Shown in pieces: positions 17,826 through 26,652 of a DNA stretch of 64,000 nt. Both the position numbers and the translations under genes were made by a program. Under the pieces are notes generated by a model. That model was not told the origin of the DNA. It saw nothing but the letters and a program-made list of their open reading frames with translations, and searched no databases. How positions within the stretch are numbered: position 1 is the first letter of the stretch; every line of letters starts with the position of its first letter. Origin of the DNA: a virus (taxonomy: Duplodnaviria; Heunggongvirae; Uroviricota; Caudoviricetes); the IMG/VR virus record IMGVR_UViG_3300034102_002177. One strand, 5' to 3'.

Positions 17826-18314
17826 ATGGCTGATTTACTGATGAAAATGCCAGTTCCGTATGAACCGAAACGCCAGAATAGATTCATACTTAGGTTTCCT
17901 AGTCCACTAGGAATTAATGAATGGTTCGTGGAAAGTGCTTCAAGACCATCAATAAAAATTGGTTCAACTGAAATACAATTCTTAAATACATCTACGTTCG
18001 TTGCTGGACGATTTAATTGGGATCCTATTACAGTTAAATTTAGAGATCCAATTGGACCTTCTGCAGCTCAAGCGTTAATGGAGTGGGTACGTTTATGTGC
18101 TGAATCTGTAACAGGTCGTATGGGTTACGCTGCTGGTTATAAAAAGAATGTTGATTTAGAAATGTTAGATCCAACAGGAGTTGTTGTGGAAAAATGGATT
18201 TTAGAAGGTACGTTTATGACGGATGTTAACTTTGGTCAATTATCTTATTCACAAGACGCTTTAGCGGACATTACGGCATCTCTTCGTATGGATAGATGTA
18301 TCTTGGTTTACTAA
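17826..18314 (+). CDS. Tail tube protein, T4 gp19-like
   Basis: EPKRQNRF, AGRFNWDPITVKFRDPI, ALMEW, GYAAGYKK, LDPTG.VVEKW; 162 aa. Confidence 0.93.
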   Translation: MADLLMKMPVPYEPKRQNRFILRFPSPLGINEWFVESASRPSIKIGSTEIQFLNTSTFVAGRFNWDPITVKFRDPIGPSAAQALMEWVRLCAESVTGRMGYAAGYKKNVDLEMLDPTGVVVEKWILEGTFMTDVNFGQLSYSQDALADITASLRMDRCILVY

Positions 18315-18337
18315 GAAATAAAATATCATACTATATT

Positions 18338-18370
18338 AAACCTATATGGAGAAATCTGTATAGGTTTTTT
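18338..18370 (+). terminator. Intrinsic terminator after the tube gene
   Basis: AAACCTATATGGA-GAAA-TCTGTATAGGTTT with two GU pairs and a GNRA loop, followed by T residues. Confidence 0.8.
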
Positions 18371-18417
18371 ATTTACTAAAAAGTAAACCATTTTATATTT
18401 AAATTAAAAAAACAATT

Positions 18418-19182
18418 ATGGAAAACGATTCAAAACAATATGGTCAAATGGACTTTAATTTACCTCACGATGTTGTGTCATTACCATCAGGAGGTAAATA
18501 CTATATCTCCAAAAAGAAAAGTGTGAAAGTGGGTTATCTTACAGCTGCCGATGAAAACACACTTTTAAATATGAACCCAAATAAAACAATCAAAGAATCA
18601 ATTGTTTTACCTTTACTAAGAAATAAATTATATGAATCGGATATTAGACCTGAAGATTTATTAGATGGTGATATTGAGGCTTTATTGATATTTTTAAGAA
18701 ACACGTCATTTGGACCTGAATATGTGGTAAGTGTTACTGACCCTCAAACTAATAAAGAATTTAATGCTAATATTTTACTTGATGAGTTAAATATTAATAA
18801 AGTTAGTGTTGAACCGGATAATGAAGGGTATTTAAGCACAACATTACCAAGAACGGGATCTAAAGTAAGATTACGATTCTTAACTATGAGGGATGCTATT
18901 GATATTGAAAGAATTGTTACCGAATACCCGTCAGGAAGAGTTGCTCCATTAGCCACTTTAAGATTATCTAAAATGATTGTTGATATTGATGGTAATTCAG
19001 ATAGGGGGGATATTAGTAAGTTTGTTGAAAATATGCCAATTATGGACTCCAAACATATTAAAAATTTCATGTTGTCAAATGAACCAAGATTAGACCTAAT
19101 AAAAGAAGTTATCGCCCCGTCAGGAGAAAGAGTAATGGTGAACATTGCTTTTGGGGTGGAATTTTTTCGGCCTTTCTTCTAG
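18418..19182 (+). CDS. Tail assembly chaperone / T4 gp26-like baseplate hub assembly protein (short form)
   Basis: V.LPSGG.YY, GYLTAADE, LL.GD..ALLIFLR..SFG, I.FGVEFF.P; lies between the tube and tape measure genes. Confidence 0.8.
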   Translation: MENDSKQYGQMDFNLPHDVVSLPSGGKYYISKKKSVKVGYLTAADENTLLNMNPNKTIKESIVLPLLRNKLYESDIRPEDLLDGDIEALLIFLRNTSFGPEYVVSVTDPQTNKEFNANILLDELNINKVSVEPDNEGYLSTTLPRTGSKVRLRFLTMRDAIDIERIVTEYPSGRVAPLATLRLSKMIVDIDGNSDRGDISKFVENMPIMDSKHIKNFMLSNEPRLDLIKEVIAPSGERVMVNIAFGVEFFRPFF

Positions 19183-19324
19183 TTATTCCAAATTTATATT
19201 AGATGAATTTTATTTGTTGGCAAAGATGTTAAGAACATCATACTCCGATTATTTAAAAATGCCAACTTATGTCAGAAGATATCTTATAGATAAGATTATC
19301 GAAGAACATAAAAAAGATAAATAA
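19163..19324 (+). CDS. Unannotated +1-frame extension of the chaperone (GT-like / gp51-like), probably reached by programmed frameshift
   Basis: The +1 frame reads FFGLSSSYSKFILDEFYLLAKMLRTSYSDYLKMPTYVRRYLIDKIIEEHKKDK* and overlaps the chaperone stop at GAA TTT TTT CGG. Confidence 0.7.
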   Translation, partial: FFGLSSSYSKFILDEFYLLAKMLRTSYSDYLKMPTYVRRYLIDKIIEEHKKDK

Positions 19325-19352
19325 ATGGTATTTATTATAAAAAACAGTTTAT

Positions 19353-21203
19353 ATGTTTAATACCAACCCAAATCCAAAAACGCCATTAGGTAATGTTAAT
19401 TCAGAAGCAAGTACCACAACTAAATTAACTGATGAGTTAATACAACTTGATAATGTTGTTAAGGATATGCAATTATTAATTACCGACCCTTTACAAGGTA
19501 TAAGTAATATAGTTGGCACTCTTAATCAACAACTTGGTCCTGCCGGTATATTAAATGCATTAGGTAATTTAGATCGTGAGGCAACAAAAATAGTAAAAAC
19601 TTTTGGTATAAGTAAAGAAAGAGCCGGAGAACTAACCCAAACCGTTGCCGATGCAATCCCCAAATTTGTGGATATGGGACTTGATGTTGGTGACGTTGCT
19701 GAAACTATGAAAACATTAGGTGAAAGTATGAATACTAACATGATGTTAAGTAGTGATGTTTTGGCTGATTTTGCGGCAACCGCAGAAGTAACTGGGGTAA
19801 AACAAGGTGAACTTGCTACTAAATTTAGAGATGTTGGTTTCAGTATTGCGAGTGTTGGTGATCAAATGATGGACGTTGTAAAAATTGCTCAACAAGCTGG
19901 TACTACAGTTGCTGCGGTATCTGAAGGTGTTGTTGGTAATTTGGATAAAATGAATCTTTATAATTTTGAGGGGGGTGTTAAAGGTTTAGCGAAAATGGCG
20001 GCTCAAGCATCAAGATTAGGTGTTAATATGCAGAGTATATTTACGGTTGTTGATAAAGTGTTTAATCCTGAAGGTGCTATTGAATTTGCGGCATCATTAC
20101 AAAGATTAGGGGTAACATCAAGTCAATTATTAGATCCGTTAAGATTAATGGATTTGGCACAAAATGACCCAACAGAACTTCAAAATCAAATTGTGAATAT
20201 GACAAAAGAATTCACAAGATTCAACAAAGAGAACAATCAAATAGAAATTCTACCTGGTGCTAAAAGGCGTATTGAAGAAATTGGTAAAGCGATGAATTTA
20301 CCTGCTGGGGAATTACAAAAAATGGCAATAAATGCGGGAATGTTTGAAATGAAATTAAAACAAATAAAATTCCCAACGGATATTGCAAATAAAGAAGACA
20401 GAGAACTTATTGCCACTATGGCACAAATTGATAAATCAGGAAGGGCGGTTGTTAGAATAGAACAAAAAGATGAGCAAGGTAGAGGTACTGGTGAATATAT
20501 AGAAAAAATGGTTAGTGAATTGAGTACTGATGATGTTAAAAACTTAGCGGAACAACAAAAAAGTGATGCTAGGTCAATGGAAGATATATCAAAAGATCAA
20601 TTAACAGAATTAAAAAGAATTTCGTCCTCTATGAATGCGTTTGTTGGGGCCGCTAAATATGGTATAGCAAGTTCTAATACCGCTCAAGAAGGATATAGAG
20701 GGGGATTAAGAATGTTCCAAAATTTATTAGATGAAAAATTACCGGCTGAAGGAAAAAAAACAGAAAATTACAGAACAGGTACGGACGAAATGATTAAAAA
20801 TTTAGAAGATCTTATGGGTAATGTTAACCTTACTGGTTTAATGAGTTCTTTTACAGAAAAGGCAGGTGAATATTTTGATTATTTAAAGAATCAAGTTAGT
20901 TCGGTATTGGGTATGGGTGGAGTTGATACGGAAGGACCAAGTCAAACTCTAACACAAACATTAAATAATCCTAATCTAAATATATCTTATGATCCGATGA
21001 CAATAACAACGGACAATAAGTTTACGGTAGATTTCAACGTAACTGCGGATGAAAAAATAAGTCCACAAGCACAACAAGATATTAATAAGGCGGTATCCGA
21101 TTATTTTAATGGGCCTGACTCAAGAAAAAATATGGAAAACTTACTTATGAGGATTGATCAAATCAGAATATCAAGTGGTCAAAAACCAATTTTCAAAAAA
21201 TGA
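19353..21203 (+). CDS. Tape measure protein (probable)
   Basis: 616 aa, Ala/Gly/Leu-rich and helical-looking, directly after tube and chaperone. Confidence 0.75.
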   Translation: MFNTNPNPKTPLGNVNSEASTTTKLTDELIQLDNVVKDMQLLITDPLQGISNIVGTLNQQLGPAGILNALGNLDREATKIVKTFGISKERAGELTQTVADAIPKFVDMGLDVGDVAETMKTLGESMNTNMMLSSDVLADFAATAEVTGVKQGELATKFRDVGFSIASVGDQMMDVVKIAQQAGTTVAAVSEGVVGNLDKMNLYNFEGGVKGLAKMAAQASRLGVNMQSIFTVVDKVFNPEGAIEFAASLQRLGVTSSQLLDPLRLMDLAQNDPTELQNQIVNMTKEFTRFNKENNQIEILPGAKRRIEEIGKAMNLPAGELQKMAINAGMFEMKLKQIKFPTDIANKEDRELIATMAQIDKSGRAVVRIEQKDEQGRGTGEYIEKMVSELSTDDVKNLAEQQKSDARSMEDISKDQLTELKRISSSMNAFVGAAKYGIASSNTAQEGYRGGLRMFQNLLDEKLPAEGKKTENYRTGTDEMIKNLEDLMGNVNLTGLMSSFTEKAGEYFDYLKNQVSSVLGMGGVDTEGPSQTLTQTLNNPNLNISYDPMTITTDNKFTVDFNVTADEKISPQAQQDINKAVSDYFNGPDSRKNMENLLMRIDQIRISSGQKPIFKK

Positions 21204-21247
21204 TAAATAAAAAAAGGTCTAAAGGTATTTATAGATAAAGTAAAAAA

Positions 21248-24200
21248 ATGCCAGAAAGTGTTTTATCATTTGCATCATCGTCATCTTTTAGAGATACATT
21301 AATTGCTAGGAATTTAGCTCCCTATCAGGTACAAGGAGTATACACTCCCCCACCCGGAAATGTAACATATGAAGTTAGTCCGTTGAATGACAGTAATGTA
21401 ATTGATTCTCCTGACAATTTAATTTCAACAAACCAATTATCAAACAATTTATATCCTCTAAATCAATGGGGTCCTGACGGAGGATTCCAAGGAAAATATA
21501 GTATCGGGAATTTAGTCCCTGTACCGGCAAATGAAGGTCCTTATGACCCAACGGATACAGTTTTAGACCTCATCAATGAATTTTATATTGATGCTGCTTA
21601 CGTTACAAATATATATGGACCCGAAGGTGGGTATAAAGATTTGGTTATTATTACTGATGTACAATTATCAACTCATTATTATTTACCATATTTTGATGGG
21701 GTACCCACTAATTTTATTCCATCAACTTACACACCATACGCTATATTATTCTCAGATAATCCAAGTGGGGATAATGGTACCTTGTCTCAGGATTCATATA
21801 TTGCTAAAACAGGAGCACTTTATTTAAGGGAATATTTTGAAGAAAGAATTGCTCAAGAGTTTTATCAAATTACTTTAGGTAGTGCTAATTTAAGTAGTTT
21901 ACAAGATCCTTTTAGTGCATCAATGCTAGCCACGGGACAACAACCATTCTTTACGAAGAATTGGAAGATTACCGTACCTGAAAATCCATTATTAGCGGCT
22001 GTTAGTTTTGCTAATAGATTAACGGGAACATATTTCCCTGTTTCATTTATCCCTGGTGATTATTTTGATGATCCGGATCCTGTGTATTCACCACAAACTG
22101 AAAATGCATTAAACACCGTTAATAATTTAACGGGAGGTGCTTTAGGTGGTGTGTTGAATAAATTCAGAAATCCTTCAGAGATATTTTTAGCAAATACCGG
22201 TAACGGACAACAATCTGTTTTATTTAAGAGTTTAGAATACAACTTATACAGACCAAATTACGATAAACCACCGCTACAACAATTTACAAGTGCGATATCC
22301 AATTTATTTGGTGTTGGACCTAACGGTGGGGGTGGGTATTATGTTGGTAGTGAAGAAGCGGAACCATCACTTATAACACAACCTGCTAATCAAGTTGCGG
22401 TTAATTATCTTGGGGTACAACAAGGAACATTGGTGTATGGTCCTTCAGAATTAGGAAAACTATTTGAAGGAAACGAAGGTAAGATTAATTTTGGTTTACA
22501 AGCGGAGTCATATTCTAATCAAGGGGGTATAACAGGTAAATTTGTTTGGACATCCCCTAAGTATAAAGAAAATGCCGGATGGAAAGTTGGACCGGGTGGT
22601 GATCCTAAAATTATTGATGGTGAATTTAATGAAATACAAAATTCGTACAATCAAAATTTATCTACTGATATTGAATTTAGAGGAGGGTCAATATTAGATC
22701 AAACCCAAAGAATTATTAATGCTGCTGATAACGTAGGTGGTGCGGCTAGATTAAAACACGCGGGTAATGCGATGAACCAAGTTTCTAAAGTATTCAATGA
22801 TGGATATAAAGAAATGACAAAGGGATCTCAAGTAATTGCTTATTATGATAGTTCAACGGGTGAGGATGTTATTGGGATTGATGGTATAGAAGTTGGTAGA
22901 GAATATTGTCGTGTGTTCCAAAAAGACACACCTTATTTAACATATGCTGACTTACAAAAAACTGATGGTATTACAAAATCAGGTCGTAAATTTAATAATT
23001 CGGTCCTTGATAATACATATAATTTAAACATCGCTCCGATACGAAACCCTGGATCAACAAATATTGTTGATAGTAAAGTTAAGAAATATATGTTCTCCTT
23101 AGAGAATTTAGCGTGGAGAACTTCGGATCAACCTGGTTATACTTATGATGATTTACCGACTTGTGAGAAAGGACCAAATGGTGGTAGAATAATGTGGTTC
23201 CCACCTTATGATATTTCATTTAATGAAGATGTTAGAGCATCTTGGAACCCAACTAAATTTTTGGGTAGACCTGAACCAATATATACTTATGCTAACACAA
23301 CAAGAAGTGGTAGTATAAGTTGGAAGATAGTTGTTGATACACCTTCAGCTATGAATACTATTATTGAGAAACAATTGGCGAATAGACCGGCTAAAGAAGT
23401 TGATTCAATTATTGATTCATTCTTTGCGGGATGTGTTAAATACGACATATATGATTTAGCGGCTAAGTTTAATACTATTCCGACGAGTGAGTTATATACT
23501 TACCAACAATTATTAAATGAACCAAGATTAACTGAGGAAGAGTTGGGTTCAATATATTCTAATATTAGTAAAGATAAGTCAACTAATATTGGTACTAATG
23601 GTAATGGTAATACTGAAGGTGGTGATGGGTCGGAACCCGGTCCTGAAAATGAAGATAATGATACAATTAATACGGATGAAACAGAAAGTGTTGATATAAC
23701 AAGTATTGAAAAGTTTATAGATTATTCATTCTATTTTGATAATGATTATCCTGAAGGGCAATATAGTGAAGCGGTTACCGCGAGTCAACCATATGATTAT
23801 TGGTATAATCAGTATCTTTCAGTAAAAGGAACTAAATATATAACTAACCCACCTGAATATGTATATGTTGGTACTAAAAAGTACGAAAATAAAAGTGTTA
23901 TACAAAAATTCTATAATGATATAATTATTGGGAATTATCAGACAATTCAAACGGATTTTTTAAATAAATTAAAAGAAATTATTGTAGATAAAAATGGTTC
24001 GGTTAAAATAGAATTACAAGGGTCGGCTTCTGCTCCTGCTAAAATTAATTATAATAGAAACCTTTCTAAAAGAAGAATAAATTCGGTAACACAATGGTTT
24101 AGGAATCAAACAATTGGTGATAAAACTATTGCCACTTTAGAAAGTGAAGGTAAAATAACTTTTATTGAAAATTTTAATGGGGAAGAAATAACAATACCAC

Positions 24201-26326
24201 AAAAAGATGGAAGTATATTTGAAGAGGTTGATTGTACAAAAAATATTACGATGACACCAACAGAAAATCCAACATCAGGTGATATTAATAATTCAAGTAT
24301 TGCTCAGTGGTACTCAATACCTGCAATGGCTTGTAGGAGAGTTCGTATTGCAAGAATAGAACCAAGTGTACCTAAACCTCCATCACCACCTCCGGGACCA
24401 CCACCACCTCCATCACCACCTCCAGGACCACCACCACCTCCACCTCCGGGTCCACCATCTCCACCAACACCTCCAACACCTCCTGGTCCAAAACCTGTTA
24501 GAAGACCCGATCCTATTAAAAAAGTTAAAGAAGGAATTTCTAAAAAAATATTAAGATATTTGTTTAGTGAGTGTGATTATTTTGAGGTTATAAAAGAAAC
24601 TAATCCTATGGTATATGATACCATTAAGGAAAAAATAAAATATTTTAGTCCGGCATTTCACTCAACAACACCTGAAGGTTTAAATGCGAGATTAACATTT
24701 TTAAATCAATGTATGAGACCGGGTCAAACAATTCCGGTTATCGGACCTGATGGTAGACCAAAACATAATGATGCGTTAAACACATCATTTGGTGCTCCAC
24801 CTGTATTAGTTTTAAGAATTGGTGACTTTTACCATACTAAAATTATACCTAACAGTATTAGTATCACTTATGATCCGTTAGTGTTTGATATCAACCCTGA
24901 GGGAATCGGAGTACAACCTATGATTGCTAAAGTTAGTTTAGGTTTTGATTTTATTGGTGGTAGTGGATTAGCGGGACCGGTAGAACAACTTCAAAACGCA
25001 TTATCATTTAATTATTATGCTAACACAGAAATCTACGATGAAAGAGCAATTGCAACTGAAGATACTTCAGAAAGAGATGAGAAAATAGTTGGCAAATTAA
25101 TCTCAAATGGGTCCGCACCATTAACTGTTGCACAAATACCAAATGAGGTTTCTAATAGAGGTGGTCAAACGGTTGGTACAATTATAAGTACTAATGCAAA
25201 CGATGATGGAACTATTGAGACAGGTGAGATTGATTATAACAACCTCATCTCTGAATTATCTACAGGGACCAAAGAATTTTTCTCAACTATCTATAATCAA
25301 TTAAAAAGTATAAAAGATGTAAGTAATTATGGTATTTTACAACTTGTTAATTATAAAAGAAAATATTTTGATGGAAATATTAGTGAATTTCAAAACAGTA
25401 CCCCATTAAAAATTTATGGTAAACCTGACAGTGTTGAAAAATTAGTAAAAGATATTGTTGATCAGGCGGTAAAAGATTGTAAAAATGAATTGTCGCCAGT
25501 CCTTAAAGAAATTGTCCAACCACAATCTTTATTTTCTAATGCGCAACAAAGACAAATTAAAAATAAAATGGAAGAAATCTTAGGGACAAGAAATGCTGAA
25601 ATTAATAATGTTATAATTGGACCAATAAATGATTTAACAAGTTATCAAGAAAATTTTAATTATACGTTTAGAAAAACGGATGTTGTTATATCAAAATTTG
25701 ATGGTATTCTTTTGGAAAGCGGTGAACCTAAAGTTTATTCTTTAACTGGTGATAGTGCAACAACGGTTACAACCGCAATATTAGATGTATATACAAACCA
25801 AGTTGGTAAAACAATAACAGAATTCTTTGATGTAATGTCCGCGAATTATATTATGAATAATGGATCGATTGAATATAGTCCTTCCCCCGTAAATCTATGG
25901 AACTTACCGGATAAATGGTTTAAGTCATTTACAACACAAGAAGAACAAAGATTTTATATTGTTATGTCAGACATAATGTTAGATGATAATAAATACAATT
26001 CTTTTATTGAGAGTTTAACATCGTTAGATAAAATAAAACCATATGAAAATTTAGTTAATGATTTAAAGGCTAGGTTTGATTTTTATAAAATTAAATGTAA
26101 ATTACAAAGAGATAATGAAGACAAAATTTTTGCGGATTATGAGGCAAGTCCCGAATATCAAAAGTTCCAAAGTTTTGAAATACTTCCTTTTGAAGCAAAA
26201 GTTGGATATACTACAAATAAAAATGAACCAAACTACGCGACTGGAGTTGATAGAATTAAAAAATTATATTCTAAACAAAATTTAAATAATGATGATAAAT
26301 ACAATGGTAAAGTAAAATTTAATTAA
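21248..26326 (+). CDS. Large baseplate/tail-tube-initiator-like protein with inserted OmpA-like domain and Pro-rich linker
   Basis: Tube-initiator-like segments FPPYDISFNEDVRASW...LGRPEPIYTY...RSGSISW and PPVLVLRIGD...AKVSL flank FYFDND...IELQGSAS...YNRNLSKRRINSV...RRV (OmpA_C pattern). Confidence 0.65.
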   Translation: MPESVLSFASSSSFRDTLIARNLAPYQVQGVYTPPPGNVTYEVSPLNDSNVIDSPDNLISTNQLSNNLYPLNQWGPDGGFQGKYSIGNLVPVPANEGPYDPTDTVLDLINEFYIDAAYVTNIYGPEGGYKDLVIITDVQLSTHYYLPYFDGVPTNFIPSTYTPYAILFSDNPSGDNGTLSQDSYIAKTGALYLREYFEERIAQEFYQITLGSANLSSLQDPFSASMLATGQQPFFTKNWKITVPENPLLAAVSFANRLTGTYFPVSFIPGDYFDDPDPVYSPQTENALNTVNNLTGGALGGVLNKFRNPSEIFLANTGNGQQSVLFKSLEYNLYRPNYDKPPLQQFTSAISNLFGVGPNGGGGYYVGSEEAEPSLITQPANQVAVNYLGVQQGTLVYGPSELGKLFEGNEGKINFGLQAESYSNQGGITGKFVWTSPKYKENAGWKVGPGGDPKIIDGEFNEIQNSYNQNLSTDIEFRGGSILDQTQRIINAADNVGGAARLKHAGNAMNQVSKVFNDGYKEMTKGSQVIAYYDSSTGEDVIGIDGIEVGREYCRVFQKDTPYLTYADLQKTDGITKSGRKFNNSVLDNTYNLNIAPIRNPGSTNIVDSKVKKYMFSLENLAWRTSDQPGYTYDDLPTCEKGPNGGRIMWFPPYDISFNEDVRASWNPTKFLGRPEPIYTYANTTRSGSISWKIVVDTPSAMNTIIEKQLANRPAKEVDSIIDSFFAGCVKYDIYDLAAKFNTIPTSELYTYQQLLNEPRLTEEELGSIYSNISKDKSTNIGTNGNGNTEGGDGSEPGPENEDNDTINTDETESVDITSIEKFIDYSFYFDNDYPEGQYSEAVTASQPYDYWYNQYLSVKGTKYITNPPEYVYVGTKKYENKSVIQKFYNDIIIGNYQTIQTDFLNKLKEIIVDKNGSVKIELQGSASAPAKINYNRNLSKRRINSVTQWFRNQTIGDKTIATLESEGKITFIENFNGEEITIPQKDGSIFEEVDCTKNITMTPTENPTSGDINNSSIAQWYSIPAMACRRVRIARIEPSVPKPPSPPPGPPPPPSPPPGPPPPPPPGPPSPPTPPTPPGPKPVRRPDPIKKVKEGISKKILRYLFSECDYFEVIKETNPMVYDTIKEKIKYFSPAFHSTTPEGLNARLTFLNQCMRPGQTIPVIGPDGRPKHNDALNTSFGAPPVLVLRIGDFYHTKIIPNSISITYDPLVFDINPEGIGVQPMIAKVSLGFDFIGGSGLAGPVEQLQNALSFNYYANTEIYDERAIATEDTSERDEKIVGKLISNGSAPLTVAQIPNEVSNRGGQTVGTIISTNANDDGTIETGEIDYNNLISELSTGTKEFFSTIYNQLKSIKDVSNYGILQLVNYKRKYFDGNISEFQNSTPLKIYGKPDSVEKLVKDIVDQAVKDCKNELSPVLKEIVQPQSLFSNAQQRQIKNKMEEILGTRNAEINNVIIGPINDLTSYQENFNYTFRKTDVVISKFDGILLESGEPKVYSLTGDSATTVTTAILDVYTNQVGKTITEFFDVMSANYIMNNGSIEYSPSPVNLWNLPDKWFKSFTTQEEQRFYIVMSDIMLDDNKYNSFIESLTSLDKIKPYENLVNDLKARFDFYKIKCKLQRDNEDKIFADYEASPEYQKFQSFEILPFEAKVGYTTNKNEPNYATGVDRIKKLYSKQNLNNDDKYNGKVKFN
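24371..24496 (+). repeat. Extensin-like proline-rich coding repeat
   Basis: PKPPSPPPGPPPPPSPPPGPPPPPPPGPPSPPTPPTPPGPKP, including a near-perfect 30-nt DNA duplication. Confidence 0.95.
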
Positions 26327-26328
26327 TT

Positions 26329-26652
26329 ATGCAATTACAGTATTATAATAGATATAGTCCATTCTTAATAAACGGAGAACAAACCGTTGTTCCGTATATT
26401 AACTTACCCTCAAAATCATCGGATAAAAGATATATCTATAAAGTCGGAATTTCAAGATTGGATAAGGTATCACAACAACATTACAATTCACCATTTTTTG
26501 GTTGGTTAATCTTACAAGCAAACCCCCAATATACGGGTTTTGAGTTTAACATACCTGATGGGGCTGTATTGACTATTCCGTATCCATTACTAACTTCATT
26601 ACAGGATTATAAAAACGAATTAGACAATTACACATTCTATTATGGTAAATAA
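26329..26652 (+). CDS. LysM-like baseplate protein (gp53 / tail X-like)
   Basis: YIYK.G.SRLDKVS..HY..P..GWLILQANP...IP.G.VLTIP, directly before the hub gene. Confidence 0.8.
   Translation: MQLQYYNRYSPFLINGEQTVVPYINLPSKSSDKRYIYKVGISRLDKVSQQHYNSPFFGWLILQANPQYTGFEFNIPDGAVLTIPYPLLTSLQDYKNELDNYTFYYGK

Noticed and set aside
19161-19203. Classical -1 frameshift at the chaperone end
   Set aside because: The -1 frame hits TAG after 13 codons and there is no X_XXY_YYZ heptamer in the right phase; only the +1 frame gives a plausible product.
24366-24554. His-rich ORF (also the His/Gln-rich 690..875)
   Set aside because: It is an alternate-frame reading of CCA/CCT-rich repeats inside a longer, well-supported CDS.
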